Positions 1 through 14,332 of a DNA stretch of 58,038 nt are shown here, piece after piece. The DNA lies in contig NW_003314289.1 of assembly GCF_000143415.4 (NCBI RefSeq), positions 383,281 to 441,318 of the forward strand. The letters run 5' to 3'. Origin of the DNA: Selaginella moellendorffii (taxonomy: Eukaryota; Plantae; Lycopodiophyta). A model generated the notes under the pieces. It had not been told where the DNA came from. It searched no databases and saw nothing but the letters and a program-made list of their open reading frames with translations. The position numbers were made by a program, and so were the translations under genes. Each line of letters begins with the position of its first letter. The first letter of the stretch is position 1.

Positions 1-3000
1 ATCCATAGCTCAATCTTTTGAGCCTCGCGAACCTCATTAAGAGAGGTAAATCTTGCTCTATGCTTTGTGGACACTGAACGTCAAGTACTGCAACCGCCGA
101 CGGCACAGAATCCTCATCTAGAAAATCCATAGAGGCTGGAATAATAGGCTCGTCAGAAACATGAGAAGAGAATGGAGAAGAAAGAGGAGCTTGAGAAAAG
201 GCATTAGCATCAGCCATAGAACTCTTTGGGTGATGAACAACATCAAAATCATATATTTGAAACTTCAAAGCCCATCGAGCAGTACGACCAACCAGATTCT
301 TCCACTTCAATAATAAAGTAACAGCAGTATGATCACCTTTAAGTAATGTTCAAGAACTATGTAGATATGCATGAAGTTTCTCGAAACCCCAAATTGCTGC
401 TAAACACTCCTCTATCGTGGAGTAGTTCATTTCTGCTGGTTGTAATGTATGGCTTATATAAGCAATGGAATGGCGCTAACCAGGCACACTCGAGCTCTCT
501 TGCATCAACACACCTCTAAGACCAATGTCAGAAGCATCCACACGCAAAAATAAAAGGTCGAGTATAGTCAGGATATGCTAAAACCGGAGGAGTCGTTAAT
601 AACTCTTTGAGATCCCTGAACACTCACTCACAATCCAAAGACCAAATGAAAGATGATGTTGATGATTTGAGCAATGCTCACAACGGTGCAATGCGATCAA
701 AAAGATGATCCACAAAACAATCGAGATACTACACCTTGCTCAAAAAGTACTATACATCATTCACACACTTCGGAGTAGGGAACTTTAAAACAGCTACAAG
801 TTTATCAGGATTAACTTGCAAACCCTCATGAGAAATACGGTACCCAAGATAAGTTGTATCCTTGAACCCAAACACGCACTTCAACTGCTTCAACTTTAAA
901 CCAACATCGTGTAGCCGATTCAACACTTTACAAACATCATGAACATGCTCCTCCCATGTCCCCTCCGAGTGGATCAAGACATCATCAATGAAGTTAGCAG
1001 TCACCTCCAGCATATCGCAAAGAACCTTGTCCATCATTTGCTAAAAAGTTGCTAGAACATTGTTTAAACCAAACGGCATGACCAAAAACTTGTACAAACC
1101 AAATGGTGTACGAAAAGCAGTCTTAGGAATATCTTTTTTGGCCATCGGTACTTGCCAGTACCCAGAAGCAAGATCTAGCTTGGTGAACTAACAACTTCAT
1201 CCCAGACGATTCAAAAAATCAGCAGTGTGAGGAAGAGGGTACACATCTGGGATCATCACTTCGTTTAACGGACAATAGTTGATGCAGAAATAAATACTCC
1301 CATCAGGCTTCGTCACAAAATGAGGTTCACATGCCCAAGGACTCCGCAACTTCCGAATAACACCCTTCTCCAACATCTTCTTAACATTTGCACATAAAAC
1401 CTTAATCTCCTTGGGTATGGGAACTTTGATTGGACGAGCATCCCCGGTTGGAATTGGATGATGTATGGCAATTTTGGCCCCAGATGATAGGTCAAATTAA
1501 AAGAGATTAGGATACTCCTTCATGAGCCAGTCCACTGCTGCAACACAAAGATCGTTGGAGGGATCGAAAAAGGGAAGAGCAGAACAAAATGGAAACATGG
1601 GAGGAAATAGTGGGGGAACAAAAGTAATGGAAGCAGAGGTAAAAGTAGAGGGACAAAGAGGTACAAAAATGAGAGGAATGGATGAAACATAAGGAAGTAT
1701 GAAACAAGGGGGAGAAGCCTCAAAATCACACTTACCATGATTGCGCTGCAACCAATCCATACCAAGAATGAGGTCAAAAGCTTAACTCGACACCACCCGC
1801 AATGACTGCAACCCAAGCTCAAGATCGGCCACACGCACAACCAGGTCCACCTCATCCCGTGCACATGTATGTGTACGGCCGTTGCCATAAAAAATGAAAA
1901 CTGGTTTTGCCGCACGACGCAAGTGTAGACGGCAACGTGTGGCAATAGGTCGAGCAATAAAAGATAAACTCAAACCGGTATCAACCAACACGGAGAAAAT
2001 AATAGGAGACCTCTTGTTATAAAAACGAGCTTGGAAAGTAAACACTGGATGAACCGGTGCCAAGTGCACCCCTTGATGATACTCCCGAAAGAAAGATGGA
2101 AGGGTCACTAACTTATTCGCGCAAGGTCCCTCCACTACTCGTGCGACTCCTCATTTTCCGAATGTATCTCGGTGTCCAAACCATCCACTGCAGCAACACC
2201 AATGGGATATTGCTAACACCAAGGTCTCCACTCAAGAAATGGAGGTTGCCAATCTGGAAACCACTAACAACGCCGATAAGTATGACCAACTTCATCACAC
2301 ACCCAACAGCGACCATCACGGCCATGACCACGTCCTCACCCTTGTCCTTGGACTGAAGCAGTAGTAGCATCAACCTCCATTGGAAGAGGACCATCACCCA
2401 TAGGAAGGGGAGTTGAAGGACGGGCAGCGAGAAGTGGAAGAGGCGACGTCTTATAACATTGTGCCAAGGGAAGAGCATCGTCAAGGTGGTGGGAGCAAAT
2501 GCATGCACAAGTCCGACAAGATCTTGACAAAGTGCTAGCCACAACATTCTTAGCTTGATCCGCTCCGACATGTTTGTCTCCACACGAAGCAAAAGACTTC
2601 GAAAACGAACGCCAAATTGCATCACCAACTTAGATGGCCCTTGATGCAGACGATACAATTGTTGGAAGGCATCATCACAATCGTCGGCATGTCCGAAAGC
2701 ACGTTTGAAGACGTCCGGGAGAACACTCCAATCCCCACGAATAGTTGTGCTCAGACCATTGTACCATTACAATGCCATCCCTTGGAGACATGTGGGAAAC
2801 TCATGCAAATGTTGAGCATCATCCCAAGAATGATATGTGGCAATCACCATGAAGTGATTGAACCAATAGTACACATCATCCCCAAGATTCCCGTAAAAGA
2901 ACTCTAGCCGAACACGAGGATTAGCACCAAGAGCAAGAGGAGTTATACCATGTGCTGTGAATGCCACCATCAACTGATTTTGGTTGTTCAATTGCAAATG

Positions 3001-3470
3001 CATAGCATTAAGCAATTGTACCAACTGCTGCTCTAGAGTCAAAGGAGGAGATTGTTGATCTGCCATAAAGACGGACGAAGAAAGAAAAAGAAGAGAAATA
3101 ACAAAAAGCGAGAAGGAAATGGGAGATCTAGACAATGCAAAAAGCTAGCTCTAAACCAAAATCCTGAAAAGGAAGAATAAAAGAAAGGAAATGGAAAAAA
3201 CTAAATCTAAATGATGCAAAAGCTAGATCCAAACCAAAATCCCAAATTCAAGCACTCTTCAGGGACAATCAAAAATGCCCCTCAACTTCACTAATGTGAG
3301 TGCTTGGAATATGGAAAGGGAATATAGAAAATCTGCATATCAATTAGCCCAAAAACCCTAGTTTATATACATAAGCAAGTGGTCCGGATTGAAACCAATC
3401 TGATGGCTACCAAAATCCCATTACGCTAATATTAGTATATGGCATCGTAGCCGTACACTTGGCCCTCACA
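1..3470 (-). mobile_element. Decayed Ty3/Gypsy LTR retrotransposon (5' LTR, gag, protease, RT, RNase H; runs off the window)
   Basis: Minus-strand fragments: gag (RLEFFYGNLGDDVYYWF, 2767-3135), protease LVDTG (1782-2135), RT (NFIDDVLIH...YLGY, 750-1037), RNase H (DASDIG about 530). Many stops and frameshifts. Confidence 0.93.
3295..3470 (-). repeat. Short 176-bp LTR with TGTGAG...CTCACA termini
   Basis: 6-bp inverted termini (tgtgag 3295-3300, ctcaca 3465-3470). A PBS-like tract (minus strand TAGTGAAGTTGAGGGG) follows immediately. A homologous copy lies at 4287-4481 on the plus strand. Confidence 0.75.
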
Positions 3471-4286
3471 AATATAATTTACCTATATATACTATAGTTT
3501 CACATATAAAATAGTTTGAGAGACTAATATATATTTTATTAAATCTACTATCTATAATATTTTAAAAATCATACTAGAATCATAAATGTTTGTTTCATAA
3601 TCTTGATTAAACTTAATAGTTCCTTGTGATGTGCATATTTTATTAGTAATATCACTTAAATTTATATATTTCAGATATATAAATTTAGTAATTTATAAAA
3701 CAGATTTTAAATGCTAAGTTTTACAAATTTGATTGTTTAAAAACAACTCAATTTTAATAAATAAAAATATTATAAAAATAAAAAGTGTTATTTTTTAATT
3801 TATAATCATAACAGTTAATAATATCCAATCTAGAAAATTAAGACTTATTAAAAAATTAAATTTTATTTTATATATTATATAAATGTACTAATGTAGTATT
3901 AGTGTTGGCTTCAATAGTGTTAACACATATAAGAAACTAAGAAAATACTCTTACTACTTTTAAAATTTCTTTATGTACTTTAAAATTAATACTTTATTTA
4001 ATTTATTTTTTGATTAATTTTGTTCTTTATAATATATAAAACTCTTAGATCTTTACATATTTACAATAAATTTTTAGAAATTTATAAAATCCCTATATCA
4101 TATTTTTACTTTTCTTTACTGCTAAAACTTAAGAAAAAATATTCCTAAAAGTTGATTATCTGTCATAATTAGCATACTTGCTAAGATAAATATAAAAGTA
4201 TTTTATTTTCTCTTTCTCAAATATTTATATATTTTTACTTCTATTTAGTGCTAAAGCTAAGAAAAAATTCCTAAAAATTGATTATC

Positions 4287-6640
4287 TTTAAGGTCTAAAT
4301 ATACAGCTACAATGCCATATACTAATATTAACAATTGTACACTAAGATTAGTATAGTAGGATTTTGATATTTGTCAAATTGATTTCAATTCAAACCACTC
4401 ATATATGTATATAAACTATGGTTTTTGGGCTAATTGATATGCACATTTTTATATTTCATTTTCATATTTCATGCACTCATATTAGTAGAGGTGAGAGGTA
4501 GTTTTGATTGTCCTTAAAGAGTTTTTAAATTTGGTCTTTTGATTTAGATTTAACTTTTGCATTGTCTAAATCTCACTTTTCTTGTAACTTTTTCACTTTC
4601 TTCTCTTTTATTGTTCCTTTTTTGTTCATTTTCATGACAACCTCCTCCTACTTTGACTTTAAAATAATAGTTGGTGCAATTGCTCAATACTAAAGTTTTA
4701 GTTGAATAGTTAGACTTAGTTGATAGTAGTATTCATAACATGTGGTACAGCTCCTCTTGCTCTTACTGCCATTTCTTCTGTCTGAATGGAGTTCTTTCGT
4801 GGGAATCCTAAGGATAATATGTACCATTTGTGCAATCACTTTATAATGATTGCCACCTATCATTCTTGGGATGATACTCAATATTTGTGTAAGATTCCCA
4901 TATGTTTCTAAAGTGGTTTTTTATATTTTTTTTCAATCTTCTCACTTTTATTCCCTTCCATCCCTTTATTTCTACTTTTATTTCCATCACTTTTGTTTTT
5001 CTATTACTTCCTATTGTATTTCTATTTTACTCTTCTATTCCCTCTCTAGATCCCTTTGATAGTCTTTGTATCACAATGGTTGACTAACTCAAGAAGGAGT
5101 ATGTTGATCTCTTTGACTTTGACAAGATTGCAATATGTCATCCTATTCTAACTAAGGATGTTTGTTTAATCAAGGTTCTTGTTCAATGTTAGTCACCAAA
5201 GGAAATCAAGATTTTATGCATGAACATCAGAGTATTTAGATGTGTGAACCTTATCTTGTGATGAAACCAGTTCCCTTTTGCATTGACTATCATTCATTAA
5301 ATAATGTGACTATCTTGGATGTATACCCTCTTCCTCACACTATTAATCTTTTACATTATCTAGGGAAAAGTCATTAGTTCACTAAATTAGATCTTGCTTT
5401 TGGGTACTGACAAGTGCCGATGGCTAAGGATGATGTTCCTAAGAGTGTTTTTCATACACCATTTAGTTTATACAACTTCTTGGTGATGTTGTTCAGTTTA
5501 AATAATGTTTTAGCAACTTTTTAGCAGATGATGGATGAAGTTCTCTATGATATGCTGAGGTGACTGTTGACTTTATTGATGATGTCTTGATCCACTTAGA
5601 GGGACGTGGGAATGCATCTTTGCATCTAAGAACACAACTTGAATGATGTGTAGTGCTTGAGCAAAATGCAATATTTCGATTGTTTTGTTAATTCTTTCTG
5701 ATTGTACTACACCATTGCGAGCATTACTGAAGTCATCAACATTATCTTTCATGTGGTCTAAAGATTGCAAATAGGCAATTATGGATCTTAAAGAACTTGT
5801 TGACAACTCTCCAATTTTGGCATATCTTAATTACACTCAACCTTTCATTTTATGTGTGGATGCTTCTGATATCGGTTTTGGGGGTGTCTGGATGCAAGAA
5901 AGCATGAGTATGCCTCAATGTCATCCTATTATATATATCAACTGTACATTACAATTAGCGGAGATAAATTATTCCACAATAGAGAAAGAGTGTTTAGCAA
6001 TGGTTTAGGGTTTCAAAATGCATATTTACATGGTTTTCAATATTACTATAAGGTGATCATGTTGTAGTTACTTTGTTATTAAATTGAAGAACTTGGTTAA
6101 TCATACTGCTTAGTGGGCTCTAAAGCTTCAGATATATAATTTTGAGGTTGTTCATCACTATAAGAGTTTTATAATTGATGCTAATGCCCTTTCTTAAATT
6201 TTTTTTCCTTCTTCACTCTTTTCTCCTATTCTTGTTAACCCTAATATTCTAGTATCTGTGGATTTTCTAGAGGAGGATCTCATGCCGTCGATGGTTGTTA
6301 TACTTGATGTTTAGTGTCCACAAGATGCACTACAAAATTTACCTTCTTTTTACCAGGTTTGTGAAGCTCAAAAGTTTGAGTAGTGGATCTGAAAGCTTTA
6401 CAATAGGTTTGAAAATTTTACATCACTTATTAATGACTTGTTATTTTAGAATTTACATTCTCAATATCACCTTGAGGATGGCCTTCTTTATTTTGTGGGA
6501 ATAAATTTTGATTATTATTTGTGGTTAGTGGTGTCTTTGATCTTTATTCCATGCTTTCTCCATGTATACCATGATTCTCTTATTCTATATAAGCATATAG
6601 GGCATCATTATATAACTGAGAAGCTACACATATCTTTTTA
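4287..6640 (+). mobile_element. Second, more decayed and internally deleted copy of the same Gypsy family, inverted relative to the first
   Basis: 4287-4900 is the reverse complement of about 2790-3470 with many C>T/G>A changes. RT and RNase H remnants follow (PILAYLNY..FILCVDASDIG...EINYSTIEKECLA, 5781-6008). Most of gag and the protease are deleted. Confidence 0.88.
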
Positions 6641-6749
6641 TTTTTATCCCATTTGTATGCAGCCCAAGTGTACACTTTATTTAGACAAGTGGAAGAATGC
6701 TTGTCAAATATTAATTCTAGGACTTAGCATCAATAGCTTAGAGCAATTG

Positions 6750-9700
6750 TAAAGGTAAACTCAATTCCATTGGCAGTATTGGATTATGACCATATAGAAG
6801 TTTATATAGTGAAGCACTAACAGAACTTTGTACCCTTGTGATATATGCATACCAAAGAGATGGCAAATAACTATCCCACTCTAAATGCTAAAAGTTCACT
6901 TACTTTACAATCATTCATTTGGAGGTTTAAATGAACTATTCCACCAAACCATTTATCTATAAATGATAAGCACTTGTGATAGTGTTATGTATCTCCAGTT
7001 GAGATGTTAAAATGTGAAATGCCTTATCCATAATGTGGGACCATTATCTGAAAAAATCCATTTTGGACAAGAATGCTAAAACACCACTTGATTAATAAAA
7101 AAGTATCTAACAACAATTGCAAATGCACTAGCAAAAACACTGACATCCATATAGCGAGTCAAGTAGTTAGAAGCAATAATAACATACTCATTACCAACAA
7201 TCAATTGTGGAAAATGCCCCATCAAATTAAATATCACGAACTCAAACAAATGGGAAATTACAATTGACTCCAACTATCCTTTTGCAACATGAGAGATAGT
7301 ATTATGAGCTTAGAACCAAATATAGTTGTGCACATGCCGGATAACATCATATTGCATCTTGCAACTCCTTAGTCACATATCATATCACATATCTAGTCAA
7401 CGGAGATCATGCACTATTGAAGATATAGGCTAATCAACCACAATCTGGATCTTTGTGGGATCAACTCTCACTCCATATATTGAAATCAAATGTCTAAAAT
7501 ATTCAATTTTCTCCAAAAAAAACTCATACTTAAATAACTTCAAGTAGAGCTTCTTATCCCTCAAATGTTGCAAAACACTTTACACATGCATCTTATATTC
7601 CTCCACTAAAGAGCTAAACACTAGGATATCATCAAAATTATCAATTGTAAACTTTCCCGAGTAAGGTTGTAGAACTTGATTCATCAATCTCTAAAAAGTT
7701 GTAGAAACATCTATCGAACTAAATGACATCACTAAAAACTCATAGTGACCCCATCGTCTAGAATGTAATTTTTGGAACATCCTCTGGCTTGACACAAATC
7801 TAATAATACCCTTGCCTCAAATCAATATTTGAAAAATATCAAGTATCACAAAGGTAATTGAGAAAATCATTGATAAAGGATTGGGAACATATTCTTCATT
7901 ATCTTATCATTCAATCCTTTGTAGTTCACATAGAGACACTATATACCATCTTTCTTCTTAACTATCACCACTGAAGCAACCTAAGAAGACTTGTTTATCT
8001 ATAACCACCCCTTCCAAAGGTACTTAACAAATTGCTTATTAATCTCTTTATCTTTAGTAGGATTAATATGAGTCAATTGTCACTAATAAGGAGTAGCTCC
8101 AAGAACCAAATCAATCTCATGTTGAATTCCATGTTTGGGAGGCAAACCATCAGGCAATTCATCTCGAAATACATCTAGAACTCCTCTTAAATGCAATCCA
8201 TCTAAGCCCCATGCCCATGAACATATGCCAAATTAGATATGAGCATATTAGAAAGAAACAAACCACAAAAGAACTAGTTATCTCATGTGTGCATGTTACC
8301 AACTCCAAAGTATTAATCAATGAAGTATCATTATTGTCTGTTATGACAATCTTTTTCATAGTGCCACTAATTTCGATATGCAGAACATTTAAACTCTCAA
8401 TTGATCCTTGGCTTCACATCATAAAACCATTCCTTCCCAAGAATAACATCTGTGTGACCAAGATCTATAACCTGGAGCAAAGGATGGTCAAGAATCCCTT
8501 AAATCATCAAAAGAACACTCGGAGCCTATTCACCGTAAACATAAGTGTTAAATCCATCTACCATAACCACCTCATAGATTACCAAACTCTTTTCCACAAG
8601 CAAACCAAGTTACTTCACCACCTTGAAGCTCAATAAGTTGTGTGTAGCACCTAGATAAAAAAGAATACTAACAACACTACCCTGAATGTCCCCTTTGACC
8701 TTCACAAGTTAATTGTGCATAAAACCATTGAGCTCTACAGAATTGATATACACTTGAGACTTAAATTTTTGAACTTTTGCCACAAGGTGTGAAAGAGCCA
8801 CCACAACAAATGCCTGAGTTGTATCCATGATAAATTCCACCACCTTAATATTCTTTGATCCCTTTATAAGAAGACAATCCTTGCTATGATGTCCAGCTTT
8901 GTGATAATGAAAAAAATTGCCCTCTACCTTATCCTTCTCTTGCTAATGTAAACAATTTCTTTTAGCCTTATTGTCATCTTCACTTTTTGAGCTATGATGG
9001 AACAATTGTTTCTTCCTTGAATATGAAGCATTAGGGCTGGTATTGACTACCCTATAAATCATCCTATTGACCAGAGTTGACTAAGTTGATTGATAGTTTG
9101 GGCAAAAATATTTGAGCTTTAGTGATAGCATTAGTCAACATTGCTGGAAAATCCTTTTTACTTTTTGCTACACATCCATTGAGCTCAAATCTTTGATGAA
9201 ACATTGCACTTTTAACAACTCATTATAAATGCTCATAAGACTAAAGTAAAGATTGTGTGCATATACATCTAAAGACAAAGTCCCTTATTTGATCTCTAGA
9301 AGTTAGTTCATGAGATCAACCTCTTCAAACTTTTTGATAAACAAAGTATAGAAAATTTTAATCAAATCACTCCAAGAAGTCAACTTAGAATTAACTTAAT
9401 TTTCACCTTATGAGACCAATAACTTTCCCACAATTCCAACCAAAAATCAACTTTCTAACTATCGCAAACATTTAGTGATGACTTCCATTCCATAATACCA
9501 TAATCCTTGGCATGTTTGACGTATCAATAATAATCACAGACACAAGATTGATTCAACTCTTAAGGGTCTATGTGAAGTAAAATGTTTTTAATAAGATTGA
9601 TAGAATCTTTAACCTCCTTAATATTATTTTAAACCTTAGATATTTGGCATCACAACAACATTATCAAGATTCTTCCTCTTTGTTATAGCAATCATCACTA

Positions 9701-9775
9701 ATGCCATACTTCTCATCAAGATTTATATCCCACTTATCTGCCATCCCAAAAGAATGTGCTGCTCCAATACTAACG
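6750..9775 (-). mobile_element. Decayed Ty3/Gypsy element(s): gag, protease, RT and an integrase-core fragment
   Basis: Degenerate tRNA-iMet PBS (minus tagtattggagc versus TGGTATCAGAGC, 9761-9772). RT remnants at 7480-8200 (FDDI). Integrase-like LMGHFP...GNEYVIIASNYLTRY at 7076-7273. Confidence 0.85.
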
Positions 9776-10402
9776 AAACTAACAAGGAATGAACCCAACC
9801 CTTGAACAGGCCATGGAATATTCTTAAAATATTCTTGTAGTTTATGTCATCCCTTATTTTAATGGATTATCTGCCACAAATTCCATAGTACATCTACAAC
9901 AAGCTACAAAGTAGGCCAACTAAGCTTCTGGCCAGCACAAAATTCTTAAAGCCCTTTATAAGACAAATTATCTTTCTTTACTTATTAAAAAGAATAGTTT
10001 CTTATGCCAGATGTGGCTGCAAGTGTCGTCTTATATTGCTGGCCATGTGGAATATAGATGAACCGTTGTAAGATCCTCACAAAGGATCGAGTCCCTTCGT
10101 TGGAGGAAGAGATGACCACCTGACACTCCCTTGCCCTTGCCCTACAGCCCTTCATTGCACAAGTTGTCGGATGGCCACTGATCCACTCTTTTCCTGTATT
10201 TGTTCATTTGCAGCGCATCTTTGGTGTTGAATTGTGACCTACTTTGGAGTTAAAGAAAGACAGACTTTCCATCTTGGAGCTGTCTTGCTTACACATAATC
10301 AGGCATTTAGAAAGAGCTGCCTCCTTTGCTTAACAAATGCATCCTTGTCTCTGGAGCTTTGCTTTGCGATTCCAGTCGCTTTAGCTCTTTCTTTTCGCTT
10401 GG

Positions 10403-13400
10403 TCAAGTTCCCACCACAAGGCCGAGAGCTCCCACTGCGGCCGCCTCGAGCTTGGCGTCTCGAGGAGGGCCTCCTGCCTTCAACGAAGCTCCAGCTCGAC
10501 TACACGACTGTAAGATGGCCACCACTTTTGGAGCGAGCACAGGGAAGGTGGTGGCAATCTCTGCGACGGGTTGCAAAATCTGCGCTAAGAACTCGCTGCT
10601 GCCAGCGACCTTGGACAGGATGTATGTGACATGAGAGACTACCTGAGGCACACAACACAGATTGCTTGTATCAATGAAAACAATGTGTGGATAATTGCCT
10701 ACCCTCTCTGCCACTTGGAAGCTTAGATTGGCTTCGGGATAGCAGCGAGTGACGTGCGAGGCGAGAAGGATGGCAAAAACTTGTTTGTGTTGCTGCTGCT
10801 GTTGTAATAACTCGTCTAGAAAATCAAGGCAGTGGACCATTGCAGGGACATGCTCTAGCATCACCGGTATACGCGTTGAATCATATCCCTGCAAAATATT
10901 TCGAAATGTGCATTGTAGAATGAAACGGGATAGGGAAAAACTTGCCTGGAAATGTATCAGCTTCAGAAGTAGAGAGTTCACTGTAAGAAGTGATGACACC
11001 GTCTTACAAACAAGCTTGTTCATCGCCATCGACAAAGACTCTTTCCCCTGGCTTAAATCACAACGCTCCAGTAGAATCTGGCAGACAGCGCTGCATGCAC
11101 ACAAAATTACTCTCTCGAGAAAGAAAATTGAAAACTATAAACTATACCTGTATTGAGAAACGAGTGCCGTGGCGATTTCTTCACGCCTCAGGCCATCTTT
11201 CCCAGACTCCAATATCGATGCCTCGCACAGCCTCCTGTTCACTATCAGGATCTCCATTAGCGTGTCCAAGTAAAACGCTAGCATCGGCGTACGAAAAAGC
11301 CTCGGGTCGCACGATAAGAAAAGCAAGGGATCCCGGACCAAAGTTCTGTAGCTCAGTAGCGCGTCTTCCTTCAAGAGACCAGTATAGGCCGAGCCAGAGA
11401 CCTTAATCGCTTTGAAGAAGACTATGATCAGAGGCTCCTTCGCAGCATCTGGCAAAGCGTACCACCAGCTACAAAACTTTGCCTGTACGTCATGCGGGCA
11501 CGTTGGGTCCAATAAAAACGGCAGCAATTCCTTGATAAGAGTGCTCTCTAGCGTCCAGTAGCTGGGCTTTCCAACCACGTCTGTCAACTTCCAGTCATAG
11601 CTAGAAGCTCGCCGACGCATTCCGTCCAGAACACGGAGAATAAGTTGTGGTTCGCTTGGAGCCTTCTTTCTTGCCGATTGAATTGCGTCCACTGATAAAG
11701 AGTCCCTGTCTGCCGCATGTTCGTCGGTCATTGCGACGTCGACGCCTACCGTATCAATAAGTCTGTCCGTTGCTTCCATTTGGTCAAGATGGTTGAGTAC
11801 GATGAACTTTTCAGGGAAGAGTGCAGTTGCGAGAGCGAGCCACTAGGAGCAGCAGATACAAACGTTAAAGGCTTCTAGCATGAATTTGACTTGGTGATTT
11901 CTTACCTGAGGAAGAAGATTTTCGTATTGCGACGAGAACTTCTCCATGTACGAGAGCACCAGCCTCCAAGGTGTACCTGAGACCAAATCCGGCCACCATT
12001 TTACATCGTCGTCAACACCCAAACTTCTGAGGAGGTGTTCTCTGCAGAGAATGAAGTATGTCGCGAGAACTGCCGGCGCCTGATCGACAGCTTCCCCCAG
12101 ACCTATTTGCAAGAGAGCGAGCTAATGACATGAATAATCTGGAAAAGAATCTCACCATCATCCGAACAGTTGTTATAAAAAGACAAGCTGCCAGGAGATA
12201 TGGCATCCAATAAGAACGTCTCCAGCTCGACCGCTTTGAATATAGGGCCTTTGGCATTTCCTTGTTGAACCGGTAAATCCATATAAGATTGGATCAAGTG
12301 CACTACCTCCTAGAATCGACGCAAAGCTTGTAAGACAAAAAAGAAAAGAAAAATAAAGACTCTAGAGGCCAACTTACACGACAAACAGGCTCGCGTGCTC
12401 TTGAAATACTGTGTATTACTGCACCTAGGATGTCCGTGAAGCACCGACTGAACGTACCCGCGTGAAGTAGTTGCGTGAGACACATTAGTGCACGACTCTG
12501 TTGTTTCCTGCAAGAATCAAAAGTCAGTCAATGAGAAAGGTAAATGGTGATTTGATTACACGTTCCCAGCAAGAGCACCTTGAGGCCGAAGTGCAGCAAC
12601 GGCATTTGCAATCAGCGACGGGTCGGACGTTATTCCAGCAGCCGACGCAAAATCATGCATCAAACCATGGTGCACTGTCACGTGGATTCCAAGTGACTCC
12701 CTAACAAACTGCCACACAGTAAGAGCATAGAATAGAAAAGACGCGCGTACTGGATTTACCTGGGCTATGTTGTTCAAGTTTCGTAGAAATAGCTGCACCG
12801 ACAACCATATGGCAAGCTCCACAGTCGATGAAAAACCGCTGTCTTGCTTCACGGGTGAGAGCAAGTACGACACACATCCATGGTACAGCAGTCTCGTTGG
12901 GCTTCCAGCTAGACCTGGTACCAAACATAAATATGCAACTCCAAGTTCGAGAATACGTTGCGAACAACAGGGTGGCTTTGTTTTGTCTTGCGCAATTGTT
13001 TTCAACCAGAAATCACTCTGCAGCCATGGCGAAAGATTAAGCCAGAACCAAAACAAGAAAGAAAACTTGAGTACCTCTTCAAACGATGGCGAGATGTCTC
13101 CAACTCGAATCAAGACACAATATATCTTCAAGTGTGCATATAGCTCAGGACACCATCCTTTTTTCTGTTTTATCCTCCTCGCATGCCTCAGCAAGGCCTT
13201 CCTGAGCTCGCAAGTCACCCATTCCTTGTTAACAAATCTTTCGGATGGCGTCGAGAGACCCTCCTTGTCGGTCATACGCGGAAGTGGCAGCAAACTTTTC
13301 TCTCTCGACGATAGATACTGCGCCAACCATGGCAATAAGCTATGTACCGTTCCACCAAGTGTAAAGCTCTTGAACAGAACTTCTGATAGGAACTCGAACT

Positions 13401-14332
13401 CGTCGTGTAAAACCTCCAGAGTCACCAGTAATGCCAGCTCCTCGAGAACCATTGCCTCCACCATCGCGTCTCTGCAAGTCGAGGCGAACGAACGAGAGAC
13501 CTGACAAAGCTTGAACAGCGTCCACACAGCGGCTTCCATCTCGCGTGACGGCTTTAAACGAGGCTCAGCAGGCGACTTTTCACGGGCTGACTCTTGATCT
13601 AACTCCCGTTTCACGAGGTCCACCAGGAGTGTTGGAGCTCGCTCGACCAGCGATGGATTGTTTGCGAGCGTTGTGACAAGAAGCTCTATGCCACAGGCAG
13701 CAGTCAGCAAGCTTTTGACGAGTAGCTCTGCAGAAAAAAAAAAACATTGAATGTGAGCGAGAGAAGAAGAAAAAAATTCAACCTGGAGTGAAAATTGCTG
13801 GACAACGTGAAACAGCGATTGGAAGAAGCAACCTTAGCTCGGATAGATATGCCGTGTTATTCCAAATACTGCCCATGCTGGAATTCGAGGTTGCTTTTGA
13901 AGCTCTTCCTAGCAAGGATGTTATAACAAGCTCAACGCGCCCTTTCTATAAAAAAAGAGACGATCCATCAAAAAGAAGGAAGACATCCTTTAAAACTTAG
14001 AAGATTACCTCAGTAGCCTGCTCAAACGCCAGGCATTCGTCCGGACTTTCCCCGCCATCGAGCAATCCATCTTCGTCCATAGGCGCGGCATTCTCGGCTC
14101 CGGCACCGATATTACACGAGATCTCCCCGTAATCCAGCCGCGCATACTCGAGCGCTCGCGAAACGCACCTGTGATCTTCCAAATTCCCCAGCACACAATG
14201 CCGCTGCTCCGGATCATCGCACGCTGCAAGTAGAAGCGAGGGAGCGAATGGCAGCTTCACGGACGCATCGATGGCGCGCAGGCGCTCGGGGAACACGCGA
14301 TGGCGCACGAATTCCAAAATATCGTCCGCCAT
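10403..14332 (-). CDS. INTS2: Integrator complex subunit 2 homolog (multi-exon)
   Basis: Blocks match remembered animal INTS2: AFEQ...RVELVI, LLVTTLANNP, LKIYCVL...PSFEE, VRDPLLFLSCDPRLFR, REEIATAL, LIHFQGY...VPAMVHCLDFLDELL...KQVFAILLASH. The blocks are separated by short GT-AG introns. Internal exon boundaries are approximate. Confidence 0.88.

Noticed and set aside
12767-13504. Long plus-strand ORFs opposite INTS2, and similar antisense ORFs over the NLR, PPO-domain, XTH, PPR and MIZ1 genes
   Set aside because: Shadow ORFs on the antisense strand of real GC-rich coding exons, with no motifs.
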